NCBI GenBank assembly: GCA_951406725.2
Contig: OX597820.1
Coordinates: 79,484,001-79,548,000, forward strand
DNA length: 64,000 bases
DNA from: Octopus vulgaris
Lineage: Eukaryota
Reading direction: 5' to 3'
Shown here: in pieces, positions 1 to 12,489 of the stretch
Position numbering within the stretch: position 1 is the first letter of the stretch
How the letters are laid out: each line of letters opens with the position of its first letter
Translations under genes and position numbers: made by a program
The notes under the pieces: model-generated
Database searches by the model: none
What the model saw: only the letters and a program-made list of their open reading frames with translations
What the model was told of the DNA's origin: nothing

Positions 1-334
1 AGTGGCTCAGTAAAAGAGATAGAAAGAATAAGTATCAGATTTTAAAATAAGCTAACTAATGCATTTGATTCATTCAACTAAAAATTCTCCAATGACTGAA
101 ATGAGTAAAAGACAATTGCAACAGTTGTTTTTCTCACTGGATGCTTTTCTAATTGCAATCACTCAATTCTGAAGTAAGAGTAAAACTTGTCTTTCCCATT
201 ACTAGGCAAACTAGAACAAATAGAATTAAGTACACTTACTCCAAGGTAAATGTTGGCAAGCGTCCAGAATTGGTAGCATGTCAGACAAAGTGCCTAGCAG
301 CATTTCTTCTGGCTCTTTGTTCTGAGTTCAAATC

Positions 335-870
335 CCACTGTGTGGCACCTTGGGCAAGTGTCTTCTACTACAGCCTTGGGCTGACTAAAGCCTTGTGAGT
401 GGATTTGGTAGATGGAAACTGAAAGAAACCTGTCAAATGTGACCGCGTATGTATCGTTGGCGATTTTTTTTTTTCCGTCTTCTCTTCCTTGGATCTTTCC
501 TTTTCCTATGTTTCTGACAAAGAGCTCCGCTCGAAACGTTAAATCCTCCTTCTTTCTTTCCTTTCTTGAGCGTCCAATAACACTATATTTGTTCCTTGTC
601 CTCGCGTTGTTGTGTTTTCTCTTTGTGTTTTCATGTTTGGATTAACTATATATATATGTATGTATTTGTGTGTCTGTGTTTCTCCTCCTATCATTGTTTG
701 ACAACTGATGTTGGTGTGTTTACGCCCACTGAACTTAGAGGTTCGGCAAAAGAGACCAATAGAGTAAGTACTAGATTTACAAAGAATAAGTCCTGGGGTG
801 GATTTGGTTGACTAAAGGTGGTGCTCCAGCATGGCTGCAATCAAATGATTGAAACAAGTAAAAGAATATA
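335..870 (+). mobile_element. tRNA/CORE-type SINE (family A), interrupted at about 439-647
   Basis: ccactgtgtggcaccttgggcaagtgtcttctactac CORE-like block, then tail ...gtgctccagcatggctgcaatcaaatgattgaaacaagtaaaaga shared with many copies in the window. Confidence 0.8.
439..647 (+). mobile_element. Penelope-like terminal fragment with degenerate hammerhead motif (510-544)
   Basis: GTTT-CTGACAA-A-GAGC-TCC-GCTC-GAAA-CGTT-AAAT; CpG-rich insert that ends in (TA)n inside a SINE. Confidence 0.6.
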
Positions 871-984
871 AGAAAAGGTTTTCTTTTTGAGTGTTTATGA
901 TATAGTTGTCTGTTCTTAGTGAATTGATTACACAAGACTTGTGTCTCAGATGAGTGGTTTCACTAAATTTTCTAATTCTCACAG

Positions 985-1094
985 GAAGGAAGAGATGTAA
1001 AAGTTACAACTTTTAGCTCTCGCTTCTATAATAGCAAATTTTACTGCTCTACTAAAACAAAAGAATTGGTTTTGAAATTGCAACTAAATTATAG
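985..1094 (+). other. Candidate non-coding 5' UTR exon of AP2A
   Basis: Branch-like CTAAT and ttctcacag acceptor ending 984; AG|GTAAGC donor at 1095; lies in non-repeat sequence. The ATG exon has its own acceptor, so an upstream exon is needed. Confidence 0.4.
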
Positions 1095-2247
1095 GTAAGC
1101 TGTGTTTGTGTAGCAGAAGCGACAAAATGATTGCCCATACCATGTTGAAAGATTTCCATAATTGTATCTGATTGTGAAGAATTATTTTAAAGCTTCATGT
1201 ATCTTAAATAATGTTGAGCTAAAATCGTACATACGCATGCAAAAATGATGATGATGATCATCATCATCATCATTTAATGTCCTTGTGAATGAATTTGGTT
1301 GGCAGAAACTGTGCAGAAGCCTGCCATACATACATTTGTCTATATGTATGTGTGTGTCTCTTTGTGTTTGTCCTTCACCATTTTGTGATAACTGGTGTTG
1401 GTTTGTTTACTTGTCCATAACTTAGCAGTTTGACAAAAAAGATTGACAAAATACGTACCAGATTTAAACCAATTAACTCCTGTATTTATAATATTTTGGC
1501 TAAATCCTTTGAGGTGGTACTCCAGCATGACCACAGTCTGTTGATTGAAACAAAGAAAAGCTAAACATGCATTTATATTGACTTTATCTAGTTTTTAACA
1601 GAATGTTGGAGTTGTGGATAAGATGCCTTGCTGTGGTTCATCCAGTGCTTTTCACTGAGTTTGCTTACAACAACTGCATCATCATTTAATGTCTGTTTTC
1701 CATGCTGGCATGGGTTGGTAAGCCACTCGGTTATGTTGAACTCCAATGTCTGCTTTGGCATGGTTTCTACATCTGGATGCCTTTCCTAATGCCAACCACT
1801 TCAGAATGTGCTGGATGGTTTGTTTTTTTTTTTTTTGTACCGTTGGCATTGTAGGGGTTGCAAAGTAACTTGCAAGACAAGAAAAGTATAAGAAAAAGGG
1901 AAAAGAAGAAAAACAGAAAAGCAGGTGGGCGTGTATTTGAGAAGTTGCTGTGGTTTTATGCCAAGTGTTGGGTGGCTAAAGTATGAAAGCAGGACAAGCA
2001 CTGGTGCCTTGCTATAGAGAAGCTACATGGTCACTTGGACCACATCATTGGTGTTGAAGGGAGTGGTTGCTGCATGTGCAGCTTCATGCAGGCCCGCACT
2101 CTGGAAAGGTGCAGTTATATGGTTAACCTTCAGTGAGGGAGGTAGGGGCCTTAGAATGTCTTTGATTGTTTCTTCACTTCGTTAAAGCTTTTATGTTAAC
2201 TAATTAAATCTTTTATTTTTTTTTCCAGGTGAAAGTAAGCCTCCAAA

Positions 2248-2311
2248 ATGCCTGCTGTAAAAGGGGATGGAATGCGGGGACTGTCAGTTTTTATATCTGA
2301 CATAAGAAATT
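2248..2311 (+). CDS. AP2A2: AP-2 complex subunit alpha (alpha-adaptin), first coding exon; exon spans 2229-2311 including 19 nt of 5' UTR
   Basis: ATG at 2248 reads [21 protein letters not shown]+T, matching the alpha-adaptin N-terminus as I recall it ([23 protein letters not shown]). Preceded by a polypyrimidine tract and CAG (ends 2228), followed by GTAAGT at 2312; phase 1. Too short for the ORF track. An invertebrate gene would be co-orthologous to AP2A1 and AP2A2. Confidence 0.96.
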
Positions 2312-3002
2312 GTAAGTATCAACATTTTTCAACTTTATATTATTTTGTGAGAATTTTTTTTTTTTAATTTTGAAAACGTGTTTATTGTTAGTAATTGAAA
2401 GAAAAAAAGAGAAATCAAATGAATAAAACCCCCAGGTGCAGTTATGGCCAGGTGGTTAACGTGTTTGCCTAGCAACCACAAGGCTTTCGGTTATTTCTTA
2501 CAGCACAGCTCACTGGTCAAGTATCCCTGAGTTGACCAATGTCTTGTCAATGACTGTGGTAGAAAGAAACTGAAGGATGTGTGTTACATACATCTGTGTG
2601 TATGTGTGCATGCATACATTCATGTGTATGTGAATGTGCATGAATGTGGCACCCCACAGCTGCACTTGAATGAAATGTTAACCTGTATACATTACTTGTG
2701 AGCCAATTGAGTGTGTCCATATGTGCAATTCTGCAAGAATAACACCACAATGCTAGTTATTGCCCTATTGTTTTTCTTCTACTGACCAAACTGCTGTGAT
2801 CTTGTCCAGTTCTAGTCTTCCATACATTGTAAATAACATAAGGTGAATTTTGTGTGTATCTTTAGAGTTGAATTGTAAATTCCGCAGCCATGATGTTCTG
2901 GTAGTTAAATATAAATTAAACTGATGAAAACTACCAGTGAAGTCATTCTTTTTCTTTTTTCAAATATACCTAACTGTACCAAGGATCTCACACATCTTCC
3001 AA

Positions 3003-3385
3003 TATGGCTTCCGTGCCGGTGGCACATAAAAAGCACCATTCAAACATGATCGTTACCAGCGTCGCCTTACTGGCACTTGTGCCGGTGGCACATGAAAAAC
3101 ATTCGAGCGTTGTTGTTGCCAGTGCCGCTGGACTGGCTCCTGTGCAGTTGGCACGTAAAAAACACCACTTGTCTGTGGCCGTTGCCAGTACTGCCTGACT
3201 AGCCCTTGTGCTGGTGGCACTTAAAAGCACTCACTACAATTTCAGAGTGGTTGGCATTAGGAAGGGCATCCAGCTGCAGAAACTCTGCCAGATCAGATTG
3301 GAGCCTGGTGCAGCCATCTGGTTCGCTATTTCTCAGTCAAATCGTCCAACCCATGCTAGCATGGAAAATGGACGTTAAACAATGA

Positions 3386-3388
<3 letters not shown>
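3003..3388 (+). mobile_element. RTE-clade LINE 3' UTR (family B) with internal ~60-bp tandem units
   Basis: Repeated GTGCCGGTGGCACRTAAAAAGCAC units, the ggcattaggaagggcatccagctg block and a (GAT)n tail, followed by (TA)n to about 3437. Confidence 0.8.
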
Positions 3389-3441
<53 letters not shown>

Positions 3442-4132
3442 ATAATGTTTAGAATAAGAGGTATTTTCATTGTCTAGAATTATCAGCTATTGATAGTTGT
3501 TTAGCCCTGGGTCAGCCCTGATTGACCAGTTCCATAACCAAAAGAACTTTTCATCATTGTACTATAAAGCTTGGAATTCTGTGGAGAGTACAATTTAATT
3601 AATGATTAATTAGTCATTATGACATAGGTAAATTATTTGTAGACAAGTTTGTGACCTGATTTTCTTTGGAGATCATTAAAAAATCAATATTGGATAAATG
3701 ATAGCATTGGTGAGTGTACAGTGTGTGTGTGTGTGTTATTAATGTATGAAGGTGATTATCTGGCAGAATCATTTGCATACTGGAAGAAATGCTTGGCAGC
3801 ATTTCGTACGTCTCTATGTTCTGAGTTCAAACTCTTCCAAGGTCAACTTTGCCTTTCATCCTTTCAGGATCGATAAAATAAGTACCAGTTGAGTACTGGG
3901 GTCAATGTAATTGACTGACTCCTCCTTATCCTTCCAAATGCTGGCCTTGTGCCAAAATTTGAAACCAATACATAACAACTGAGTTGGCAAACTGGCAGAA
4001 TTGTTAGCAAACTGGACAAAAGTGCTTAGTGGCATTTCTTTTGACTCTTTACATTCTGAGTTCAAATTCCACCAAGGTTGGACATTGCCTTTCATCTTTT
4101 TGGGCGGGTCAATAAAATATAGTACCAGAAAT

Positions 4133-4644
4133 TTAACCCTTAAGCATTCAGATTATTTTGTCAAATGCAACACTTATTTATTCACATTCATCATCACCAT
4201 TGTTTAACGTCCGCTTTCCATGCTGGTATGGGTTGGATGGTTTGACTGAGGGCTCCAGTCTGATCTGGCAATGTTTCTACAGCTGGATGCCCTTCCTAAT
4301 GCCAACCACTCTGAGAGTGTAGTGGGTGCTTTTTACGTGCTACTAGCACAGGAGCCAGTCAGGCGGCACTGGCATCGATCACGTTTAGATAATGCTTTTT
4401 ACGTGCCACCAGCATGAGGGCCAGTCCAGCAGGTACTGGCATTGGCCACATTCAGATGGTGCTTTTCATGTGCCACCAGCACCGGGGATAGTGGCATCAT
4501 CTCAGCTTTGAGATTTTGATGATGTGGTTGCTTCGTTTTAGAATGACGTAGAGTAGGAGTGAGAGGCTGGATCGGGTCAGTTTGAACATAAAACAGGTAA
4601 AATATTTTGGCCTGATATGGCCAGTTTAAATGCTAAAACATTAA
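4133..4644 (+). mobile_element. piggyBac-like MITE with a nested RTE 3' end (about 4188-4500, minus strand)
   Basis: TTAA-CCCTTAAGCATT left end; ATGCTAAAACA-TTAA right end; internal sequence matches the copy at 10212. Confidence 0.7.
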
Positions 4645-4726
4645 TAAAGTACTGGGGCAAGGGGTCAATGTAGAAGGCTTGCCCCCTCCTGTCAGAATTG
4701 CTAGTCTTGTTCTAAAATTACAATAT

Positions 4727-4759
<33 letters not shown>

Positions 4760-4761
<2 letters not shown>

Positions 4762-5137
4762 CATAAGAGTGGTTGTGTGGTAAGAAGCTTGTTTCCCAAC
4801 CACATGGTTTTGGGTTCAATCCCACTGCATGTCTTCTACTGTAGCTTTGGGTTGATCAAAGCCATGTGAGTGCATTTGGTAGACGGAAACTGAAAGAAAG
4901 CTGTTACATATGTATGTATATTTATATCTATTTGTGTGTCTGTGTTTGTCAACCCTAACCCCACTTGACAACCAGTGATGGTGTGTTTATGTCCCCCTTA
5001 GCAGTTTGTCAAAAGAGACCAATAGGATCAATACCAGGCTTAAAAGATAAGTACTGGGGTCGATTCATTTGACTAAAAATTCAAGGCAGTGCCCCAGCAT
5101 GGGCCACAATCTAATGACTGAAGCAAAAGATAAAAGA
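4760..5137 (+). mobile_element. Family A SINE, near full length
   Basis: Head ggcataagagtggttgtgtggtaagaagcttg...gggttcaatccc (A/B-box-like), CORE block, central microsatellite and AAAAGAT tail. Confidence 0.85.
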
Positions 5138-6637
5138 TATTGTTAAAAAAACCCCAATAAATCTGCTTAATGTGTACGGATTATTTTAGTGAGGTTTAGA
5201 ATACAGCTCGACTGGTGCTTAATTAGCCGGTGTTAACCCTCTATAAACAACATATTTTTCTGAGACGATGCTGTTATGAAAGTTTTGTATGACCTCCTAA
5301 AACTACTTCATCTAAAAGAAATAGCAACCGAATCTTCCTCAAACCACACACAAAAAAGGAAAATAAAGATGGGATAGTCATTGCTAGATTACTTTGGTTA
5401 TATATCTGTTTGATCAGAGTGAACTAATGTTAAGCATCATCATCATCGGCAACATTGAAATCTTGTGCTTCAACTAAACAAGTACAGACATTTGATATGA
5501 TCGGTTTTTTTGTTGTTGTTTTTTTTTGTCATTAGATTCTTCATAAGGACAGAAATGGGCTGTTTTTAATTATATGCAGATCGCAGTTATTTCAGTATGT
5601 TTAATTATTTTATCAACTCTACACGGGCGGTTGACTAAATCTCATTAGAACACAAATTAGATTATGTCATAGAATAACTGCTTTGTTCCTGACTTTCTGA
5701 AAATGGAATGGGCTTGGCAAAGCCACCCCACCCACTCATCTGTTTATTTTGAAGAGTTTGGAGTTCTATTCATTGGGTTGAGACCAGTCTTTCCGCTAGA
5801 ACTGATTTTATTGCTACAAAGGCACAAACATGACTACTTGGTTAAGAATTTAGATTTGTAAGTGTGTGCTTGGGATGTGACCCAACAGTGTAACAGTGTA
5901 ACACCTTCGGCAAGTATCTTGTTTTATAGTCTTGAATTGAGAAATGCCTTGTCAGTGAAATTTGGTGGACAAACTGTATGGAAGTCTTTTGCATGTCTGT
6001 ACACACACGATCATCAACATCATCATCATCATTGTTGTAACATTTACCTGGGGTTCACTGAGGCAGATTTTGTAAGGCTGGATGCCCTTCCTGTCACCAA
6101 CCCTCACCTGTTTCCAAGTTTAGTCATGTTTCCCCTTGACCAGACGTATTTTCACAGATTATTAAAAATGACACACTAGTGCTCTGTGGGGACCAGCATG
6201 TCAGAGAATAGACCCAACGTTTCCTCTGTGTACTGTAAAAAGGTAACTAAAAGAGGTAAAGTTAAGGTTTGCATTCTGACCTCATAAAACCCTCAGCAGT
6301 AACGACGACCCAAACAAAACCTGTGGGTTGGAAGGTCATTGCCTGAGTGGGGGCAGAGGTGTCATCCACTGGGAGTAGTAACAGATCACAAACAAATGGT
6401 GAATGCAGCAACATGATATGACAGTGCATGCCCCCCACTACTCCATACTACTACTATTAGAAATGATTGTGTATGACAGTGACACTCATTTACAACTGTC
6501 ATGGGATTGTCAAAACAAGGAGACAGACAGAGAGACACATACACACTCATAATAAGCTGCATTCAGTTTCTGTCTACCAAATACACTCATGAGGCTTTGG
6601 TTGGCCTCTCTTTAAGTCTCTTTGTATTGACATGGCA

Positions 6638-6679
6638 AAGGCAGGGGTGACATTATTTAAGGCAGGGGTGACATTATTT
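6638..6679. repeat. Perfect 21-bp tandem duplication
   Basis: aaggcaggggtgacattattt x2. Confidence 0.9.
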
Positions 6680-9392
6680 TCTGCATGCAAAGCAGTGGAA
6701 AACACTACCTTAATTAGAAAAAGTAAGAGGTGACAATAGGAAAGGCATTCAACCATAAAATAGAGGCATTGAACAAGTGTCAAATTTCCTAGTTTATCTC
6801 CAGCAAGGATCATTGTTTTTAAGTCAGGATGAAATGGTTGAAGTAGACAACATAGTGGACCACCTGCCTTCTTATGCATTGTATCCACTTCACTTCAGCT
6901 GTTGTGTTACCCTCTTAACAGGGTGTGTCATCCAGTAACATAAACTGAGAAAAGAGCTCTTTGTAGGTTCATACTTGTGACAGATCAGTGTACTTACTAC
7001 CACTTGGTGAAAATTCATCTCTGTTATTCTTGTTTTCAGCTTCTGGAAATAAGTATGGATTTTATGGATCTACTGTTGTTCATGGAGACATTATTTATTG
7101 TGATGAAATTCTAAATTAAATTTCAACTAAGTCATGATCTTGCTGGGAAATTATTGAACTTTAGGTGACAGTATTTGTAATTGAACATTTTCACAAAATT
7201 TATTGATTATTGAAGGAAAACTCTTTACCTTTGCATTCTCTGTGAGAATTCATTTGTTAACTTGAAATTAGCAGCTTGCATCCATTTCATGAGAAAGTAA
7301 CTAAAAGAGCAAAGCCAATTCTCAAAGAAAAGTCATGACGAAGTATTCAGAGATTTGTTGCAGTAAATAATAATAATAATAATAATAATCTAAGATCTGT
7401 TTTTCCATACTTGCAAGAGTCAGATGGAATTTGTTGAGGCAGATTTTCTACAACCTGGTGCCCTTCCTGTCATCAGCTTTTACCTGTTTCTAAGGAATAT
7501 TTTTCATGGAAAACTGGAAATAAACAACCTCACTTGTATGATGATGATGATGATGATTGACAATCACCACATGATGGTTAAAGTTGTACAAAAACACATA
7601 CATAAATGATTGGCTTCATCCAGTTTCCCATCCAAATGTGCTCACAAGGCCTTGGTTGAGCTGGAGCTATAGTAGGAGATACCTGCCTAAGGTACTGTGC
7701 AGTGAAACTGAACCTAGATCCACATGACTGGGAAATAAGCTTCTTAACCACACAGCCACATCTGAATTTCACCATTTAATATCCATTTTCCATGCTGGCA
7801 TGGATTTGACGGTTTGACAGGAGGCCCCAGTTTTAGCATGGTTAGATGCCCTTCTTAACACCAACCACCTTATAGAATGTACTGGGTGCTTTTCATGTGG
7901 CACCAACACAAGTGCTTTTTACACCCGATAGGGTCATCAAGTACCTTGCAAAACAAAAATTTCTCAACCAAGGAGGAGGAATAGTATTGCGGGAGTGTGG
8001 CTTTGTGCCAGTTGAGAGGTTTAAAGTATAGCGAGGAAGGGATTTTGTGTCTGTCTGTCTCAGCTGCAGTGGTTCATAAACTCCATACATGTCTCTAGAT
8101 TCTAAACATAGATTTTATGTTGAAATAAGAAATAAAGTATCTGCTGTTTATGAGGAAACATTGAAGATATATGTTGTTATCTAACAAATATAACCCATTG
8201 AGAAAATGTAAGTAATTTAATACTGCCAGCCCTTTACAATTGCTTCATTCTTCCATGTAGCCATGCAGAGACATTTTTCTGAAATAGCTTTAAATATGAA
8301 CAAAAATGTATCTTGAGAAAATTTTAAAATCATTATCATCACCATCATCATTGTTTTAACCTAGTTTTCTACATTTGCTTGGTTTGGACAGAATTTGAAG
8401 CTGATTTTTTTTTATAGCCAGATGCCCCTCCTGTCACCAACCCTGACCTCTATCTGAGTAAGGTAATATTTCCCCATGACCACACATGCTTTCCTGGAAG
8501 GCTGGATATAAAGGACACTGCTTGCATGATGGAAACATTTGTTTACAATTATTATGCAACATTAAGACGAGACAATAACACACATGCACGCACACATGCT
8601 TACTTGTTTATGATGGCCTATGAAAGGTAATGATAATGTCAATCCAGGACAGTCATCCTCTTCCAGCTCCAGCACATTGTTATGGGAGTGGACTTGGCTG
8701 ACAAGACCGATACAAGACAGGCAAATCACCATTGAGGGTCCTGAAAGTGATCCAGAACAGTAGTTGTAGGAGGTTGATGATGATGTCTCCTCCTCTCTTT
8801 ATGTTGTCTCCTGTGTTGGGTTAGGGTTAGGGTTACAAAGTGCTGTTCTCAAGCATCACACAGGGACCTCCTTGCCTTCTAATTAACAGCCAATGTCTCC
8901 AACCAATTGGGAGGGACACCACATAAAATGAGGGACTGCTTGAGATGAACATTAAAACGAAGTTTGGGTTGTCCATGAGACTCACTTCCAGTTTTGATTT
9001 TGCTGGAGAGGACCATCTATGTATACACTCACACACATGTTTCTGCCTGCCAAATCCACTCCCAAGGCTTTGGTCAGTTGTAGGCCATAGTAGAAGACAC
9101 TTCCCCAAAGTGTCACACAGCAGGCTTGAACCCCAAATCATGATGATAATTGATGACTTCACATTCTCCTTACTGAATACTTTGTCCTATCCTTTGACCT
9201 CTGGAACCTTAATCCAATGACCCCAGAAGTATGAAAGTGCTATGTGCGCTACACCCCTTCTTAAATTACAGTCTTAAAGAAGTCTGATACATATTGAACA
9301 ATATAATCCTAGATATATGATACCCAGTAGAGGAAGGACAGAATAATTACATGTACAATATGTTTGAGTGTAGGTCTGCTTGATTACAACCA

Positions 9393-9955
9393 ACATCATC
9401 ATCATCATTTAATGTCCGTTTTTCATGCTGGCATAGGTTGGACGGTTCGACTGGGTTCTGGGAAGTCAGGAGGCTGCACTAGGCCCCAGTCTGATCTGGC
9501 AGTGTTTCTACAGCTGGTTGCCCTTCCTAATGCCAACCACTCTGATGAGAGTGTAGTGGGTGCTTTTTATGTGCCACCGACACAGCGGCCAGAGAAGGCT
9601 GGCATCGACCACAATTGGATGGTGCTTTTTACGTGCCACCGGCACGGAGGCCAGTCAAAGCAGCACTGGCATCGGCCACGTTCGAATGGTGGTTTTTACA
9701 TGCTATTGGCACGGGGCTCACAACTACAATTTCCATTTGATTTGATTTTGATATTGATTTTGATGTATTTGACTCAGTAGGTCTCCTCAAGCACAGCATG
9801 TCGCCCTATAATCCAAGGTACTTTTGAGTGGGCTGGTTATGCGACGCTGGTGTAGGTTACAGCTTTGAACTCACTTTATTTGTCAGGTATTCTCAGTCAA
9901 AGCATACCCCCCCCCCCGAGGTCTCGGTCTTTTGTCATTGCCTCTGTAAGGCCAA
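9393..9955 (-). mobile_element. 5'-truncated RTE-clade LINE including the ORF end
   Basis: Minus strand about 9955-9870 reads GLTEAMTKDRDL..YALTENT, an RTE C-terminal DRxxW-type end, followed by the family B 3' UTR and (GAT)n tail. The copy at about 13660-13940 reads MEAVTSDGDLWQYAVLEKT. Confidence 0.75.
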
Positions 9956-10211
9956 AATTACTAAATAGTTGCTAAAAAAATCAATTTGTAAAAATATCAC
10001 CAAAATCACTTTTATTGTGATAAAGATTTTTAATTACTTTGAATTTTTAAATCAATATGTATAATTTTCTGGTACCATGATAGCTGTGACTTGTAGAAAC
10101 TGATTCATTTAAGCGTGTAATATATGTGTGTGCACATGTGAGAGAGAGAGAGAGAGAGAGAGAAAGAAAGAGTAATGTGTCATTCTGGAGTCTCATTCAC
10201 AACACTAGTGT

Positions 10212-10387
10212 TTAACCCTTTAGCATTCAAATATAATGCTTATTTATTCACATTGTTTATCTCATGACTTCGAGGTTTTGATGATGTGGTTGCAGGATGG
10301 CTATAAGAGATTAGATCTGGCTGGTTTGAATGTAGAACAGATTTAAATTTGGGTTGGATATAGCCAGTTTAAGTGCTAAGGGGTTAA
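10212..10387 (+). mobile_element. piggyBac-like MITE
   Basis: TTAA|CCCTTTAGCA...TGCTAAGGGG|TTAA: TTAA TSD and CCC/GGG termini. Confidence 0.8.
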
Positions 10388-10757
10388 TAGCAATGCGTAT
10401 AAGATATATACTGAAATGATAAAAAATACATGTATTGACTGTTTACTGAATTGCGCACTAAACTTTTATACCGAATTGAAAAACCATTTATATATATCAT
10501 TGTAATTATTTGGCATCATCACCGTTTAATGTTCACTTTTCCATGCTTGCATGGGTCAAATGGGAATTTGTTATGGCAGGTTTTTCCATGTCCAGATAGC
10601 CTTCCTGTTGCCAATCCTTATCTTTTTTCAAGCAGGGTAATATCTCCATATAGCCAGACATACATTGATGTTTGTTTACAACCATCAATCAAATAATGTC
10701 AAGAGAAGGGTATACACACACACACATGTATGTATGTGTGTGTATGTATATATATAT

Positions 10758-12010
10758 CATCATCATCATCATCATCATCATCGTTTAACGTCCGTTTTCC
10801 GCGCTAGCACGGGTTGGACGGTTCGACCGGGGTCTGGGAAGCCAGGGGCCGCTCCAGGCTCCAGTCTGATTTTGGCAGAGTTTCTACAGCTGGATGCCCT
10901 TCCTAACGCCAACCACTCCGTGAGTGGATTGGGTGCTTTTTACATGCCACCTGCACAGGGGCCGGGGGGTCCGGCATCGGTCACGATCGGTTCGAGCTTT
11001 TAACGTGCCAGGGACACGGGGGGCAACGGGATGCGGGGTAGAGTTGAGTTGGGGGGGGGGTCCAGCTGAGAAAGGTTTCACCAGTGAAAAGAGAGGGAGA
11101 GATAGTAAAGGGGTGTGGGTAATATAGGGGAGCACCAGTGGGGAAGGTTGGGGTAAGGAGGAACGATGGCAGGAAGGGTTGGTGAAGGTTCGTAAGAAAT
11201 ATAAACGTAGGATGTGTATATATATATATGGGTAGGTGTGGGGGAGGTTGGGGGGTAAGGAGGAACGATGGCAGGAAGGGTTGGTGCAGGTTCGTAAGAA
11301 ATAAAAACGTAGGATATTACGAGGCATGGAGGGGACTGGAAGGAGATAGTAGGATTGAGGCAGTGTCAGTTCAAAACAGGAGGAAGCGTAAGATCAGAGG
11401 GCGGTTGATGAGCTGAGACGCTAGCAGCTTGTCTTTTCTCAGTGAAAGCATATGAGGAGAAGGGGTAGGAAGGGGTGGTGGGGGAGGAGGAGGGAGTATC
11501 CGGTGTAGATGGTGAGAACAGTGTTCACCGGTATTGGTGGTATTGGTGGTGGGGGTGGTATTGGTGGTGGGGGTGGTATTGGGGGTGGGGGTGGGGGTGG
11601 TATTGGTGGTGGGGGTGGGAGGGCGGGCGCACCGCGCAATGGGAGAAGATGAGATTTTTAGGCGGCAGAAAGAAAGACAGGATTTGAGATGGAATGCGTT
11701 GCGATCGTGTGCATAAGTTTCTATGAGTGGAAGTTGGGAAAAGATGGGTTAGAGAATTAAGCGACAGAAAGAAAGACCAAATTTGAGACGAGATGTTTTT
11801 GCGAAGTTTTTGTGAATGAAAGTTTATATGCTTCAGCTAGCATTTGAGACGAAAGACAACGATAACGCCAATATATGGGGAAACAATAATAATAAGAAGG
11901 CTTGATGGTGATGATGATACTTGCAAAAACAATGAAAAGAAGGAACAGGACTTAGCTGATATTTTTCATCCTGCGTATTGGCTAAGCCTGTGGAAGCGAG
12001 TGAAGGCGAG
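10758..12010 (-). mobile_element. Young, CpG-rich ~1.25-kb non-autonomous element ending in the RTE (family B) 3' UTR
   Basis: (CAT)n and family B 3' end at 10758-11010, continuous with about 1 kb of G/purine-rich non-coding sequence; TA-rich flanks on both sides. Confidence 0.55.
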
Positions 12011-12443
12011 ATATATATACAGAGAGAGAGAGAGACAGTGATAACAGAGGTTGACATCAAGCATTTATAAACCTTCAAGTGAACATGGAGTAATTCTTTC
12101 TTTGAAGTGATTCTCAAAGTGCATATGGAGCTATGAAGAATTGTGTGTAAGTATTGGGTTAAAAAGAAAACCCTTTTGGAGGCTTCTTCCAGTTTCCTTC
12201 TATTAAATCCACTCTGAAGGCTGTGGTCCTGTGGTCAGCCTGGGCTATGGCAGAAGACACTTGCCCAGGGTGCCACAAAGTGGGATTAAACCTGGGACCA
12301 AATGGTCAAAATGCACATCCATATTTCGTGTTTATACACACACACGCACACACACACACCATAGCCATCCATTGCAAGTATGACTTGGTTATATATACAT
12401 TATTTACATTTGATGGATATTTGTCCTCATCTTGTTTGTTGTT

Positions 12444-12489
12444 AACACAACGTTTCGGCTGATATACCCTCCAGCCTTCTTCAGGTGTC
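12444..12489 (-). ncRNA. Minimal type I hammerhead ribozyme motif with intact core
   Basis: Minus strand reads GACAC-CTGAAGA-A-GGCTGG-AGGGTATA-TCAGCC-GAAA-CGTT-GTGTT: stem I GACAC/GTGTT, stem II GGCTG/CAGCC, palindromic ACGT stem III, GUU cleavage triplet. Confidence 0.75.

Noticed and set aside
3003-3235. Regularly spaced ~25-bp repeats with variable spacers, superficially CRISPR-like
   Set aside because: The units are degenerate ~60-bp tandem repeats within the RTE 3' UTR, found in many copies; eukaryotic context and no cas genes.
6180-6460. Unidentified insert within a SINE, possibly another SINE family
   Set aside because: Single degraded copy; boundaries and family could not be supported by eye.
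7015-7045. Additional polypyrimidine-AG acceptor-like motifs (also near 30720 and 34230)
   Set aside because: No matching donor or coding signal; such motifs are common in T-rich introns.
8815-8835. TTAGGG-like run (GTTGGGTTAGGGTTAGGGTTA)
   Set aside because: Only 2-3 units, too short to call an interstitial telomeric array.
9364-9780. 138-aa ORF and similar HHHH...LQLDALPNANHS ORFs (10665, 18609, 58096)
   Set aside because: Antisense translations of the RTE 3' UTR, not genes.
11439-11716. Proline-rich and Trp/Gly-rich ORFs
   Set aside because: Translations of G-rich simple repeats within a mobile element.
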